The translations under genes were made by a program, and so were the position numbers. A DNA stretch of 63,937 nucleotides, the filler included, from Myxococcota bacterium (GTDB lineage: Bacteria; Myxococcota_C; UBA6777), in assembly GCA_023150835.1 (NCBI GenBank). It is 7 parts of 7 records of this genome, joined end to end, with 100 filler letters (N's around TTAATTAATTAA, not from the genome) between each part and the next. Parts side by side here need not be neighbours in the genome. Positions count along the whole stretch, not along the records: positions 17,659 to 26,337 come from JAKLKB010000187.1; positions 26,438 to 34,961 come from JAKLKB010000189.1; 5 more parts are not named here. One strand, 5' to 3'. The stretch's first letter is position 1; every line of letters starts with the position of its first letter. Positions 18,424 to 27,211 of this stretch are shown here, piece after piece. The notes below the pieces were generated by a model that was not told where the DNA came from, made no database searches, and saw only the letters and a program-made list of their open reading frames with translations.

Positions 18424-20028
18424 ATGAAGCATCGTTCTGTGTGGTGGTTTCCCTTCTTGGGACTTTGGATGGCGTGGAGCCTTCCTATGGTACTCACAGG
18501 TTGCCCTCAACCGAGCGGAACCGAAGAAACTGTGCAAGACAGCGCCCCCAACGAACCTCAACCCGAACCTCAACCCGAACCCCAGCCCGAACCTGTCGGA
18601 AAGCCCCCCAAAGGCGTCGGTGTGGATTGTACCCAAGGCCCGCGTGGAAACAACTGCGACACCTCGGAAAGCCCGATGCTTTGCCTTGCTGTCGATGGGA
18701 CCAAGTCCGTTTGCTATGAAAACTGCACCGCCAATGCAAAGTGCATGGACCCCAACGAAAAATGTCTTGAAGCCAATAGCGAAGGACTGCGTGGTTGCTT
18801 TATTCTCGCCAAAAAAGGCGATGCCTGCGGCCCTGCTCTACGTACACGTTGTGACGAAGATCTCGTCGATCCACCCGTCTACTGCGTCGAAGGCAAATGC
18901 ACCGAACGCCCGAAAGATGGATGGGATGTCGGTCAATCTTGCCGTCCTCCACGCGGCAACGAGCAAAGCGATTGCAAAGCAGGATTGATCTGCGTCGAAT
19001 TGGCCAAAACCAACTACCGCTGCGTCAAGTCCTGTAACGCCACGACAGATTGCCCAAACGGCGAAGTCTGCTGGGACGAACCCCTCGGCAAAAAAGTCTG
19101 CTTGATCGGCTCCAAAGAAGGTGGCCCCTGCAATCGGGACAAACGCCAATTCTGCAAAAGCGACGACCCCAAAAATTACCCGCTGACCTGCCGCGCCGAC
19201 AAATGCGAATCCACCGTCGCCTACGTCAAACTCGGTGCCGCTTGTCAAAAAGATATCGACCCCACCAAAAAACAAGGCAACTGCGAACCCGGCCTCTACT
19301 GCCTCGGCGTAAGCGAATTTGAGTCGCGCTGCCACAAGCCCTGCAAAGGCGCTTCGGATTGCCCAAGCAGCGAGGTCTGCGCCCTCCATCCCAACCCCCC
19401 CAACGACCCCGAACAAGCCTGCGTCATCCCCGTCAAAAAAGACGAAGCCTGCAATCTCCTTGACCGAAAATACTGCTACAGCGGAACCACCCAGATCCTC
19501 CGATGCAAACGCGAAGAAAACAAAAACGACGGCCTCTGCATCGAAGTCAACGTCGGCGACGCTTGTGTCAACAAAGATGGCTGTGGCCCCATGAGCTGCA
19601 TCCCTTTTAGCGCCACGAACCTCTACTGCCTCTTCCCTTGCAATCCCAACACACCCCAATGCCCCGGCAACGGAACTTGCGCAGCATTCGGACAAAACGG
19701 CCAACCTCCCTTCGCTTGTCTGCCCAACGGTCCGAAAAAAATCGACCAAGCCTGCAAAGCCATCAAAGCCGACGGACCCAAGATCGAAACCTCCGAACTC
19801 TGCGAAGGCTCACTTCTTTGTGCAGTCCCCCAAGGAGCCGCAGGCGGCGTATGCTACCAAACCGTCCCCGGCTGTACCGCAACAGCTTGCCAAGGGACCG
19901 TCAAGCGCGTCTGCATCCCCATCCAAAACGGCGGATTGTGCGCCAAAGATTGCTCCGCAGGTTCCGGCCAAACCTGCGATGGCGGCACCGCCTGCAAAGA
20001 CTTCCAACAAGCAAAGATCTGTCTCTAA
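18424..20028 (+). CDS. Cys-rich putative lipoprotein
   Basis: AGGAG RBS; signal ending LTGC; (EPQP)n linker; many Cys modules; C-terminal module similar to the genes at 3-1286 and 1702-2814. Confidence 0.87.
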   Translation: MKHRSVWWFPFLGLWMAWSLPMVLTGCPQPSGTEETVQDSAPNEPQPEPQPEPQPEPVGKPPKGVGVDCTQGPRGNNCDTSESPMLCLAVDGTKSVCYENCTANAKCMDPNEKCLEANSEGLRGCFILAKKGDACGPALRTRCDEDLVDPPVYCVEGKCTERPKDGWDVGQSCRPPRGNEQSDCKAGLICVELAKTNYRCVKSCNATTDCPNGEVCWDEPLGKKVCLIGSKEGGPCNRDKRQFCKSDDPKNYPLTCRADKCESTVAYVKLGAACQKDIDPTKKQGNCEPGLYCLGVSEFESRCHKPCKGASDCPSSEVCALHPNPPNDPEQACVIPVKKDEACNLLDRKYCYSGTTQILRCKREENKNDGLCIEVNVGDACVNKDGCGPMSCIPFSATNLYCLFPCNPNTPQCPGNGTCAAFGQNGQPPFACLPNGPKKIDQACKAIKADGPKIETSELCEGSLLCAVPQGAAGGVCYQTVPGCTATACQGTVKRVCIPIQNGGLCAKDCSAGSGQTCDGGTACKDFQQAKICL

Positions 20029-20141
20029 ACAACCGTTTCACCGCCCAATCTACACCGCATAAAGGCCTTTATGCGGCGTAGAAATCAACGAATCGGGCGC
20101 TCGATTCGCTCCAAACCATCCGAACACTTCGGGAGAAAAAC

Positions 20142-21236
20142 GTGCAAGAACAAAGCAACCACACCGACCCAGATCGCTGGATCGTCAACCTGCTTCAACA
20201 ACAACCGCTTTCAACGCCTCAACTCTTTGAAACGGCGTTTGAAACAGCCATGCACGTTGCGCAACTCCCCTTTGCGCGGGTGGTGCGACTGCGCCATGAA
20301 ACACACTTGCGCCTTGATGCCGTCGCGGATACCGCAGGCTTTCGCTACCAAGCCGGCCAAGAATTCCCCGTCGATCACTTGCTTGATGGCGAAGTGATCC
20401 GACGACGCGATGCTTTGGCGATCTCTGACCTCGTCGCTTCTCCGCTTGCGCGCCACCCCGAAGTCCTCGCGGCGGGCGTCCGCAGTTATGTGGGCGTTCC
20501 CTTGTGGCTACGCAATCAACAGATCTATGGCGTCCTTTCGATGGCCTCACAAACTCCCCAACGATGGGGACCTGAAGTCCTTTTGCGCGCCGCCATGATC
20601 GGTCGCTGGCTTGGTCAAGAGATCGAGATCCGCCAGATCTCCCGCGAGCTTCACGCCAAAAGCCACCGCCTCGCCACCATGACCCAAGAGATGCAACATC
20701 TCCAAAGCCAGATCGAACAAGGATCGATCCGCGACACCGTGACAGACCTGCTCAACAACCGCTACTTCAACAAACTTCTCCAAACCGAGGCCGCTCGCGC
20801 CCAACGACACGCTTATCCGCTCAGTCTGCTCTTGCTCTTCCCCGATGACTACTCTCGCGTCGGCCAACAATGGGGCCTTGACTTTGGCGCAACGGTCCTT
20901 CGCTCCATCGGCGTCTTACTCCGACGGCACTTGCGCACCATCGACAACGCCGCCCGCTACACCGAAGAAATGTTCGCGATCCTCCTCCCTCAAACCGATA
21001 TCTCTGGCTCCGCCATCGTCGCCAACCGTATCCGCACCACCATCGGCGGACATCGCTTTCAAGCCCCCAGCGGCGAAGTCTTCCAAACCTCCGCGAGCCT
21101 CGGGATCGCTGGACTTCATGTCCAAGACGACGATCCCGCAGCAGGAATGATCTCCCGCGCCCGTCGCGCACTCGAACAAGCCCGAAAAGCCGGCGGAAAC
21201 CGCGTGATCGTCGCCTCTTCCTCCCCCCAATCCTAA
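20142..21236 (+). CDS. GAF + degenerate GGDEF domain protein
   Basis: GAF (RSYVGVPL...YGVL); DTVTDLLNNRYF; active-site region reads ARYTEEMF; RxxD (RTID) retained; AGGNRV end. Confidence 0.88.
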   Translation: MQEQSNHTDPDRWIVNLLQQQPLSTPQLFETAFETAMHVAQLPFARVVRLRHETHLRLDAVADTAGFRYQAGQEFPVDHLLDGEVIRRRDALAISDLVASPLARHPEVLAAGVRSYVGVPLWLRNQQIYGVLSMASQTPQRWGPEVLLRAAMIGRWLGQEIEIRQISRELHAKSHRLATMTQEMQHLQSQIEQGSIRDTVTDLLNNRYFNKLLQTEAARAQRHAYPLSLLLLFPDDYSRVGQQWGLDFGATVLRSIGVLLRRHLRTIDNAARYTEEMFAILLPQTDISGSAIVANRIRTTIGGHRFQAPSGEVFQTSASLGIAGLHVQDDDPAAGMISRARRALEQARKAGGNRVIVASSSPQS

Positions 21237-21294
21237 ACCCCCACCTCCCTCACACATCCTTACCACCAAATCAACACAGCATAGGACTTATACA

Positions 21295-21371
21295 ATATCC
21301 GAGTCATGTGTGTCCGAATGGTCGTGCGTAGACGCCCGATAATCAGGCAGCCACAGGGGGCTGCCCCTACC
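21295..21371. repeat. family C REP-like element
   Basis: GTGCGTAGACGCCC...GGCAGCCACAGGGGGCTGCCCCTAC. Confidence 0.8.
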
Positions 21372-21682
21372 TCTTTGCGCCAACAGACCTCGTCGAGACT
21401 ATCCGCACCGTGACAAACGGCTTACGAAAGCCTTATCCTGTTTCAAACGAGCAAGACGGACGGTTTTGAGGTGCAGACACGGCTTTTCTTGACCCCACCA
21501 CTCCCCCCCAAACACCGCGCGCTGCAAGCCTTCCAACGATCTGTCAGAAGAGCCATCGTCAAAGCGTCTTACCCAACGAACGCTGCTGAAGCAGATCGAC
21601 AAAATCGATCGTTCCCTTCAAAACGCCTTCCTTTGACTGCCCCCGCAGCAAAGAGCAGCCCCAACACAACAAGGAGCCAAAC

Positions 21683-24007
21683 ATGTCCAGTCCCCCCTCC
21701 AAACCAACACACGACCCCACACACCACATCCACACCACCCCAACAACCCTCACCACACCAAAACTCCCCTCCGATCTCCCCGATATCGCTTCGTGGCAAG
21801 CACTGTACGAAAGCATCCAACAACGCCTCGAACAACTCCAACAACGTAGGACGCAACGCAGAACACAACTCCTTTCTGCGGCCTTGCACCTCTGCCAATC
21901 CCGCGCAGCGAACCTCCGAACTCAACTCCAACAACTCCACGATCTCGAAACAGAGATGCACCTCCTACACCCCCTACAGACCGAACTCGCAAACATACAA
22001 CAGATCCGCACCGATCTACAACTCGCTCTCACTCAAACACAACAATACTTCGCTCACCTCCAAAACCTCCAACAACACGGCGTCTCCCACACTCACGACC
22101 TCCGTTGGATACTCGCCTTTTCTAAAACACCTCCCTCCACGCCCATCTCCGAACTCTCCGACGCTTCCGAACTCTCCGACGCTTCCGAACTCTCCCACGC
22201 TTCCGAACTCTCCCACGCTTCCGAAATCTCCGATGTTTCCGAAATCTCCCACGCTTCCGAAATCTCCGATGCTTCCGAAATCTCCCACACTTCCGAAATC
22301 TCCGATGCTTCCGAAATCTCCCACGCTTCCGAAATCTCCCACGCTTCCGAAATCTCCGATGCTTCCGAACTCTCCGATGCTTCCGAACTCTCCGATGCTT
22401 CCGAACTCTCCGACGCTTCCGAACTCCCCCACGTTTCCGAACTCTCCGATGCTTCCGAACTCTCCGATGCTTCCGAACTCTCTGCCTGCTCTCGGATCGG
22501 GGCTTCGGTTCCCTCCATCACACAGCAGTCCTTAAGCGGCACAGCTCTATCCCAAAAGCCAACGACGACTTCTATGCAAACGCCCGTTCCCACCGAGGCG
22601 ATGCAGGCGATGAAACCTTCGGCTGAGATCGTCGAGCAAAAAGCCGTCTTGCGCCTCAAAGCACGCATCGACGATGTGAAGGAACGCAGTTCTTTTCGTT
22701 GTGTTGCCAACGAGCTAGTCCAAGCACGCCACCAGATCACCAACGAAAAAAAATGGCGAGATCTCGGAGTCGAGTTGGCCCGAAAAGCCAAACGATGCTG
22801 TATCGCCAAAGAAGAATGGTTGGAGTTCCCATTAATTGCAGGATTTTTCGACCACACCACCACACCACCACACCACACCAAACGCAAACCGTCCCCCCCA
22901 ACAGAACCCACCCCATCGGAACAAAAGCTACTTTCCACATTGCAAACCATCGCCTCTCGTCTGAGTCCTGAACATTCACGGCACACCCTCGAAGCACAAG
23001 CCTTTTTGGGACAAATCGATCGCATCCTTCGACAAGCCTCGATCCCCCCCTCTCATCCACAACTTTTGAAAATCCTCCGCCCTTTCGCAGATTGGCTACA
23101 CCAAGGCAACAAATATCGCCACATACGAAAACATCTCGTTCTATCAGCCACAGCATCCGCACAAACCACCGCAGCACTCAAACAAACCCAGCCCCCTGCG
23201 ACTCTCTCTTCGTTTAGCGCCTCTTCCGCCGCACAAGAAGGAAGCACCCCTTCGACAAGCCTCCCCCCTTCTGTCTCGACAGACTCGCCCACGTCGCCGA
23301 TCCCTTCGAAATCTCCGTCTCTCGACGAACTGCTCTCTGCATCGGAACATTCGGAACATTCGGAGGCATCGGAAGATTCTGAAACATCGGAAGATTCATC
23401 CGAGGCTGCCGCCACAACGGCATCGCAGCAAGAAACCACGCTTTCGGCCCCGTTGACCAAAAAACAGCGCAAGCAACTCCAAAAACAACACAAGAAAACA
23501 GAAAAAGAACAAAAAACCAAAAGCAAAAGCCATCGGCTACTCCAGCATATGATGCTCAGCAAAAGCCTTGAGGAGGCGGACAAATTACTGTTTTCATTGT
23601 ATGCCAAGCCCCCCACCGCCACAACGATGACCACAGAGCAGATGATCGATGCCTTGTTCCCACACTTTCAAGGAAAGCGTGTGGTCTTGGTAGGCGGCGA
23701 TCCACGCGAACACTTGCGCGCCTCGCTCGAAAACAAACTCCAGCTTGCGGAGTTGTCTTGGGTCTCTTCCCAAGGCAGCGATGGGGGCCGTTCTGTCCAA
23801 AGCCTCGATGCACGACTTCACCAAGGCACCGTCCAGATGATGATCTTGCTCGCTCGTTTTTGCGGTCACCCCAAGATCGAAAAGCTGATCGCCACAGCCA
23901 AAAACACACAAACGCCTTTTGTTGTGATCACGACCGGATACGGAGAATCCAGCATCCTCCAAGCCCTCCTTCAAACTCTCCCCCAAAAACCTTCAGCGGG
24001 TGTCTAA
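21683..24007 (+). CDS. large low-complexity protein with C-terminal DUF2325-like domain
   Basis: AAGGAG RBS; N-terminal coiled coil; (SE[LI]S[DH]A)n tract; C-terminal GKRVVLVGG...MMILLARFCGH...AKNTQTPFV. Confidence 0.72.
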   Translation: MSSPPSKPTHDPTHHIHTTPTTLTTPKLPSDLPDIASWQALYESIQQRLEQLQQRRTQRRTQLLSAALHLCQSRAANLRTQLQQLHDLETEMHLLHPLQTELANIQQIRTDLQLALTQTQQYFAHLQNLQQHGVSHTHDLRWILAFSKTPPSTPISELSDASELSDASELSHASELSHASEISDVSEISHASEISDASEISHTSEISDASEISHASEISHASEISDASELSDASELSDASELSDASELPHVSELSDASELSDASELSACSRIGASVPSITQQSLSGTALSQKPTTTSMQTPVPTEAMQAMKPSAEIVEQKAVLRLKARIDDVKERSSFRCVANELVQARHQITNEKKWRDLGVELARKAKRCCIAKEEWLEFPLIAGFFDHTTTPPHHTKRKPSPPTEPTPSEQKLLSTLQTIASRLSPEHSRHTLEAQAFLGQIDRILRQASIPPSHPQLLKILRPFADWLHQGNKYRHIRKHLVLSATASAQTTAALKQTQPPATLSSFSASSAAQEGSTPSTSLPPSVSTDSPTSPIPSKSPSLDELLSASEHSEHSEASEDSETSEDSSEAAATTASQQETTLSAPLTKKQRKQLQKQHKKTEKEQKTKSKSHRLLQHMMLSKSLEEADKLLFSLYAKPPTATTMTTEQMIDALFPHFQGKRVVLVGGDPREHLRASLENKLQLAELSWVSSQGSDGGRSVQSLDARLHQGTVQMMILLARFCGHPKIEKLIATAKNTQTPFVVITTGYGESSILQALLQTLPQKPSAGV
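22146..22482 (+). repeat. 18-bp (2 x 9-bp) in-frame tandem repeat
   Basis: TCCGAACTCTCCGACGCT-type units encoding SELSDA/SEISHA. Confidence 0.93.
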
Positions 24008-24050
24008 AAATAGGTTTGTTTGGGGGGAAAGGTGGTTCGCTTCGCGTGAC

Positions 24051-24085
24051 CTCACCCCCCGACGCTTCGCGTCACCCCCCTCTCC
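24051..24085. repeat. family D palindromic element
   Basis: CTCACCCCCCGACGCTTCGCGTCACCCCCCTCTCC. Confidence 0.6.
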
Positions 24086-24468
24086 ACGCGGTCGAATCCA
24101 ATCGTGCGGCTTGGATGGTTCCGCCAACAACTCCGCCGTGATCGCTGGTTTGTGTGATCGAGCGCACCCTCGCCTGCCCACAAAGACAAACATCGTGTGG
24201 AATAAAAGACCGCGATCCGATGTATGGACAGCGTTACAAACCGCGCAGCGCAACAAGCCTCAAAAGAAAGGTTGATCTTTAAACATGAGTCTGATAGCGT
24301 ATTTAGGTGACCGATAATTTGAGACCGCAATTCGAGACCCAAGATCGAGTAAAACTTTTGGCGCTTCACGGCGTCATAAAGAGCAGCTACTTCACACACA
24401 CCCTGACAGGCGCAAAAGGAGATCGCGACTTGAGTGGGTAAAAAAGATGGAATGGACGGAGGTTCGCG

Positions 24469-24711
24469 ATGTTAAAGAAAGACCAAAAGACGATCATCCA
24501 ACAGCTTGTTCAAGAGAACATGACGTTTTCTCGAAAACTCCCCGAACAAGCCGACAAAACACGGGCGACCGCACGCACATCGCAGACTTCGCTCCCAGCC
24601 ATCTCTTTTAAACATATCCTGTCGGGACTCAACAACGACAAACAACAAGAACTCCCCACCCCTTCCTTCAAAAGCCTCGCTGCCATCGCCTTCGAAAACA
24701 CCTCCAAGTAA
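24469..24711 (+). CDS. small hypothetical protein (80 aa)
   Basis: GGAGG RBS about 5 nt before ATG; codon style like neighbouring genes; no recognised motif. Confidence 0.55.
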   Translation: MLKKDQKTIIQQLVQENMTFSRKLPEQADKTRATARTSQTSLPAISFKHILSGLNNDKQQELPTPSFKSLAAIAFENTSK

Positions 24712-24822
24712 TACGAAATCCGCCCCTCATGTGCGCCAATATATAGGGGCAGACAGGTGTGGCTGCCCAACCGTAGGGCATCTACGCACGATCCTTTGAT
24801 CACACATCTTGCGGATATCGTA
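24712..24822. repeat. family C REP-like element between convergent genes
   Basis: TAGGGGCAGACAGGTGTGGCTGCCC...TCTACGCACG...GATCACACATCTTGCGGATATCGTA; reverse complement of 9145-9223. Confidence 0.8.
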
Positions 24823-24861
24823 TCATCCCCTCCCCAGAACAGATCCCCCATCCAAACGAGA

Positions 24862-26079
24862 TCAAGGCTTCATCATCGCAAGCAAGCGCTCGGCATTTTC
24901 TGCGAACACCTTGCGCAACAGAGGTCGGTTTCCATCGTAAGCGATGCGCACTTTCGCCATCGTTGCAACAAGCGGATACCAAGGCCAGTCCGTTCCAAAG
25001 AGGATGCGATTGCTGTCGAATTCCTTGGCGATGGCACGCAGAGAGGTGACGCCCTGACCGTGAGTTTCAAGCCAGACGTTCTCGTGTTGTTTGGCGAGTT
25101 GAAGCGCTTCGCTGTGATCGCGTGCGCCTGCGTGCCCAAAGATGAACTGGATATCTTTGAACTTGGTCAGAGGCTCTTTATATTTCTCCATCTTGGCGTA
25201 TTCACCGTTGTTTCCAGCCTCGATCCCTGCGCGCCCTGAGTGAAAGAACACCATCATACCGAGCTTTTGGCACTCTTCAAAAAGCTCCATCGCGCTGGGG
25301 TCGTTGGGGGCGATGCTTTGGATGGTGGGATGGAACTTGATCCCGCGATAGCCTGCTTGGTGAAGCTCCCGCAACAATTGAACGGCGGTTTTGCCCTTGT
25401 AATGGGCTTCTTTGGGTTTGGGATGCACAGAGCCAAACAAGACGAAACTTTCGCGCTTTCCAGACTTTTCGATGGCGTCTTTCCATTGTTGGGCCATATC
25501 ATCACGGCCAAAACCGAGGTTGACCGCGATCGGCAACAAGACCGCCTTTTTGACACGCGCCAACTCCATCTCTTCGAGCAGATTCGGGATCGTGTGCGTC
25601 TTGGCATCGACTCCCCCCGTCAGCCCAGAACGTGCGATCTCTTCGTCCACATGATCGAGCATCTTTGTGGTCGCGATCTTGTTGATGTAGTCGTCCATAT
25701 TGAAGACGCACGCCGGATCTCGTGCGCCATCGCAGTCCATGATGTAAGCGACCTTTGCGGTCTTTTGCTGCAAATCCACGTCGGGCGATTGCCCCACCGC
25801 AAACGCCAAGTGGGCGTGAAAGTCGATCGCCATCGGAAGATCCGTGTCCGTAAATTTGAACTTTCCATCCGCCGTCACCTCCACAAAAGGCAACTCGGCC
25901 ATCCCCTTGTACCCATCGAGCTGCATCTTGAATTCACGCGGCGGCGTGATCGGCTCGTTGCAAAACAACAACGTCGGCCCCAACGCCAACGCCCCCAACG
26001 CCGTCTTCAAAAACCTCCGCCGAGGCATCCCTTCCTCCGTCCCCACCCTCCCCGCATCCTTCGATTCTTTCTGAAACAC
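24862..26079 (-). CDS. amidohydrolase_2 family metallohydrolase with Tat-like signal
   Basis: AAGGAGG RBS + GTG 26079; RRRFLK twin-arginine motif; IDFHAH, GIKFHP, FHSG, GHAG, ILFGTDWP. Confidence 0.9.
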   Translation of the reverse strand: MFQKESKDAGRVGTEEGMPRRRFLKTALGALALGPTLLFCNEPITPPREFKMQLDGYKGMAELPFVEVTADGKFKFTDTDLPMAIDFHAHLAFAVGQSPDVDLQQKTAKVAYIMDCDGARDPACVFNMDDYINKIATTKMLDHVDEEIARSGLTGGVDAKTHTIPNLLEEMELARVKKAVLLPIAVNLGFGRDDMAQQWKDAIEKSGKRESFVLFGSVHPKPKEAHYKGKTAVQLLRELHQAGYRGIKFHPTIQSIAPNDPSAMELFEECQKLGMMVFFHSGRAGIEAGNNGEYAKMEKYKEPLTKFKDIQFIFGHAGARDHSEALQLAKQHENVWLETHGQGVTSLRAIAKEFDSNRILFGTDWPWYPLVATMAKVRIAYDGNRPLLRKVFAENAERLLAMMKP

Positions 26080-26182
26080 GCTGGCCTCCTTCCACAGTTG
26101 AAACAAACTTCGCTTATAGCACCGAGAACGTGCGCAATTGTCAACCAGACTCGTGTCGTGGATTGTATTTGTCTTGATCTTG

Positions 26183-26337
26183 TGGGGCTTCACCCCATAG
26201 GCGTTAGGTGAAGCGGAGGAAAGCCCCCCACCCCGCCCTCCCCCGTGAACAGGGGAGGGAGCGAAAGTCGGAAGCAGCGGGGATTTTGTTTTTTCATGAC
26301 GCACGCTGTTTGCACGAGACGCAGACGCTGCCCGTTC
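26183..26337 (-). mobile_element. family A element, cut by contig end
   Basis: AGGCGTTAGGTGAAGCGG...CCCTCCCCCGTGAACAGGGGAGGG..., matching 58033-58170 reversed. Confidence 0.78.
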
Positions 26338-26437
26338 NNNNNNNNNNNNNNNNNNNNNNNNNNNNNNNNNNNNNNNNNNNNTTAATTAATTAANNNNNNN
26401 NNNNNNNNNNNNNNNNNNNNNNNNNNNNNNNNNNNNN
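26338..26437. other. artificial contig-joining spacer
   Basis: 44 N + TTAATTAATTAA + 44 N. Confidence 0.98.
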
Positions 26438-26575
26438 GAACTGAGGCGGCATTCGAGGGTCTCTACATGCTCTCTATCGTTTACTAACAACTTGGCTTGC
26501 GCCACTTCCTCTGTTGTCGTCTGGTCAACCGGACTTGCCGAAACAAGCCCGCCCCTTTAGGGGTGGGTCATTGAC
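26438..26575 (-). ncRNA. 5' part of HEARO / IscB omegaRNA (end of an IS200/IS605-superfamily element), truncated by contig edge
   Basis: Minus strand reads GTCAATGACCCACCCCTAAAGGGGCGGGCTTG-TTTCGG-CAAGTCCGGTTGACCAGAC...ACCCTCGAATGCCGCCTCAGTTC: GTCAA/TTGAC closing stem, TAAA-loop hairpin and downstream motif typical of HEARO. Confidence 0.8.
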
Positions 26576-27211
26576 CTCACAATCTCCTTGCTTTTTCAGA
26601 ATCTATCGTCACACACGGATTGTCCACAGGCACAAATCCACGTCAAGTTTCCGTGATGGTTCGGAGATAGACCTTTGTTGGTGGGGGGCCGTCTCAAGAC
26701 TTTGCTGTTGGGGGGGGGATTGCAAACGCGCCGAATCCGATCCACACAGGTCTCAGGTTGCAAGCGAAGACAAGCGAAGCACGGCATCCGCGAAAGGAGT
26801 GACACCGTTGACAAGGGAGCGTTGGCTTTTCGGTGTTGGACGTGTGCTGGGTACTCCGACGGTGGATGGGTGCTGTAATACCTAGTGTTTGGCTGCGTAA
26901 GCCCTACGGAACATTGGATCGGTGACCACCCGACTTTGCGATGAAACTCGTATGAATCGTCGGATGGGGACTTGCAAGCCGATGTTGGATGGGGTTGTTT
27001 TCAGCTTTTGGAGCGTTTGATCGCTTGTGCTACCGTTGGCGATCACATCAGTTTGGGTCGATAGGCGGTGTTTGATGTATGGTCATAAGAGAGGAAATCT
27101 ACACTGTCAACACAGAAAAAAAAGAACGGCAAAAGATCATGGAGGTTGTTGAGGGTGAAAACATACGACAAGCGAGCGCATTTGGAAGGGTGTAGGTCGG
27201 TCTGGCGCGAT

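Noticed and set aside
26080-26304. N-terminal extension of the amidohydrolase (MRHEKTKSPLLPTFAPSP...), also seen as ORFs at 34711 and 57900
   Set aside because: It is the family A repeat read in frame; the RBS-supported start is GTG 26079.
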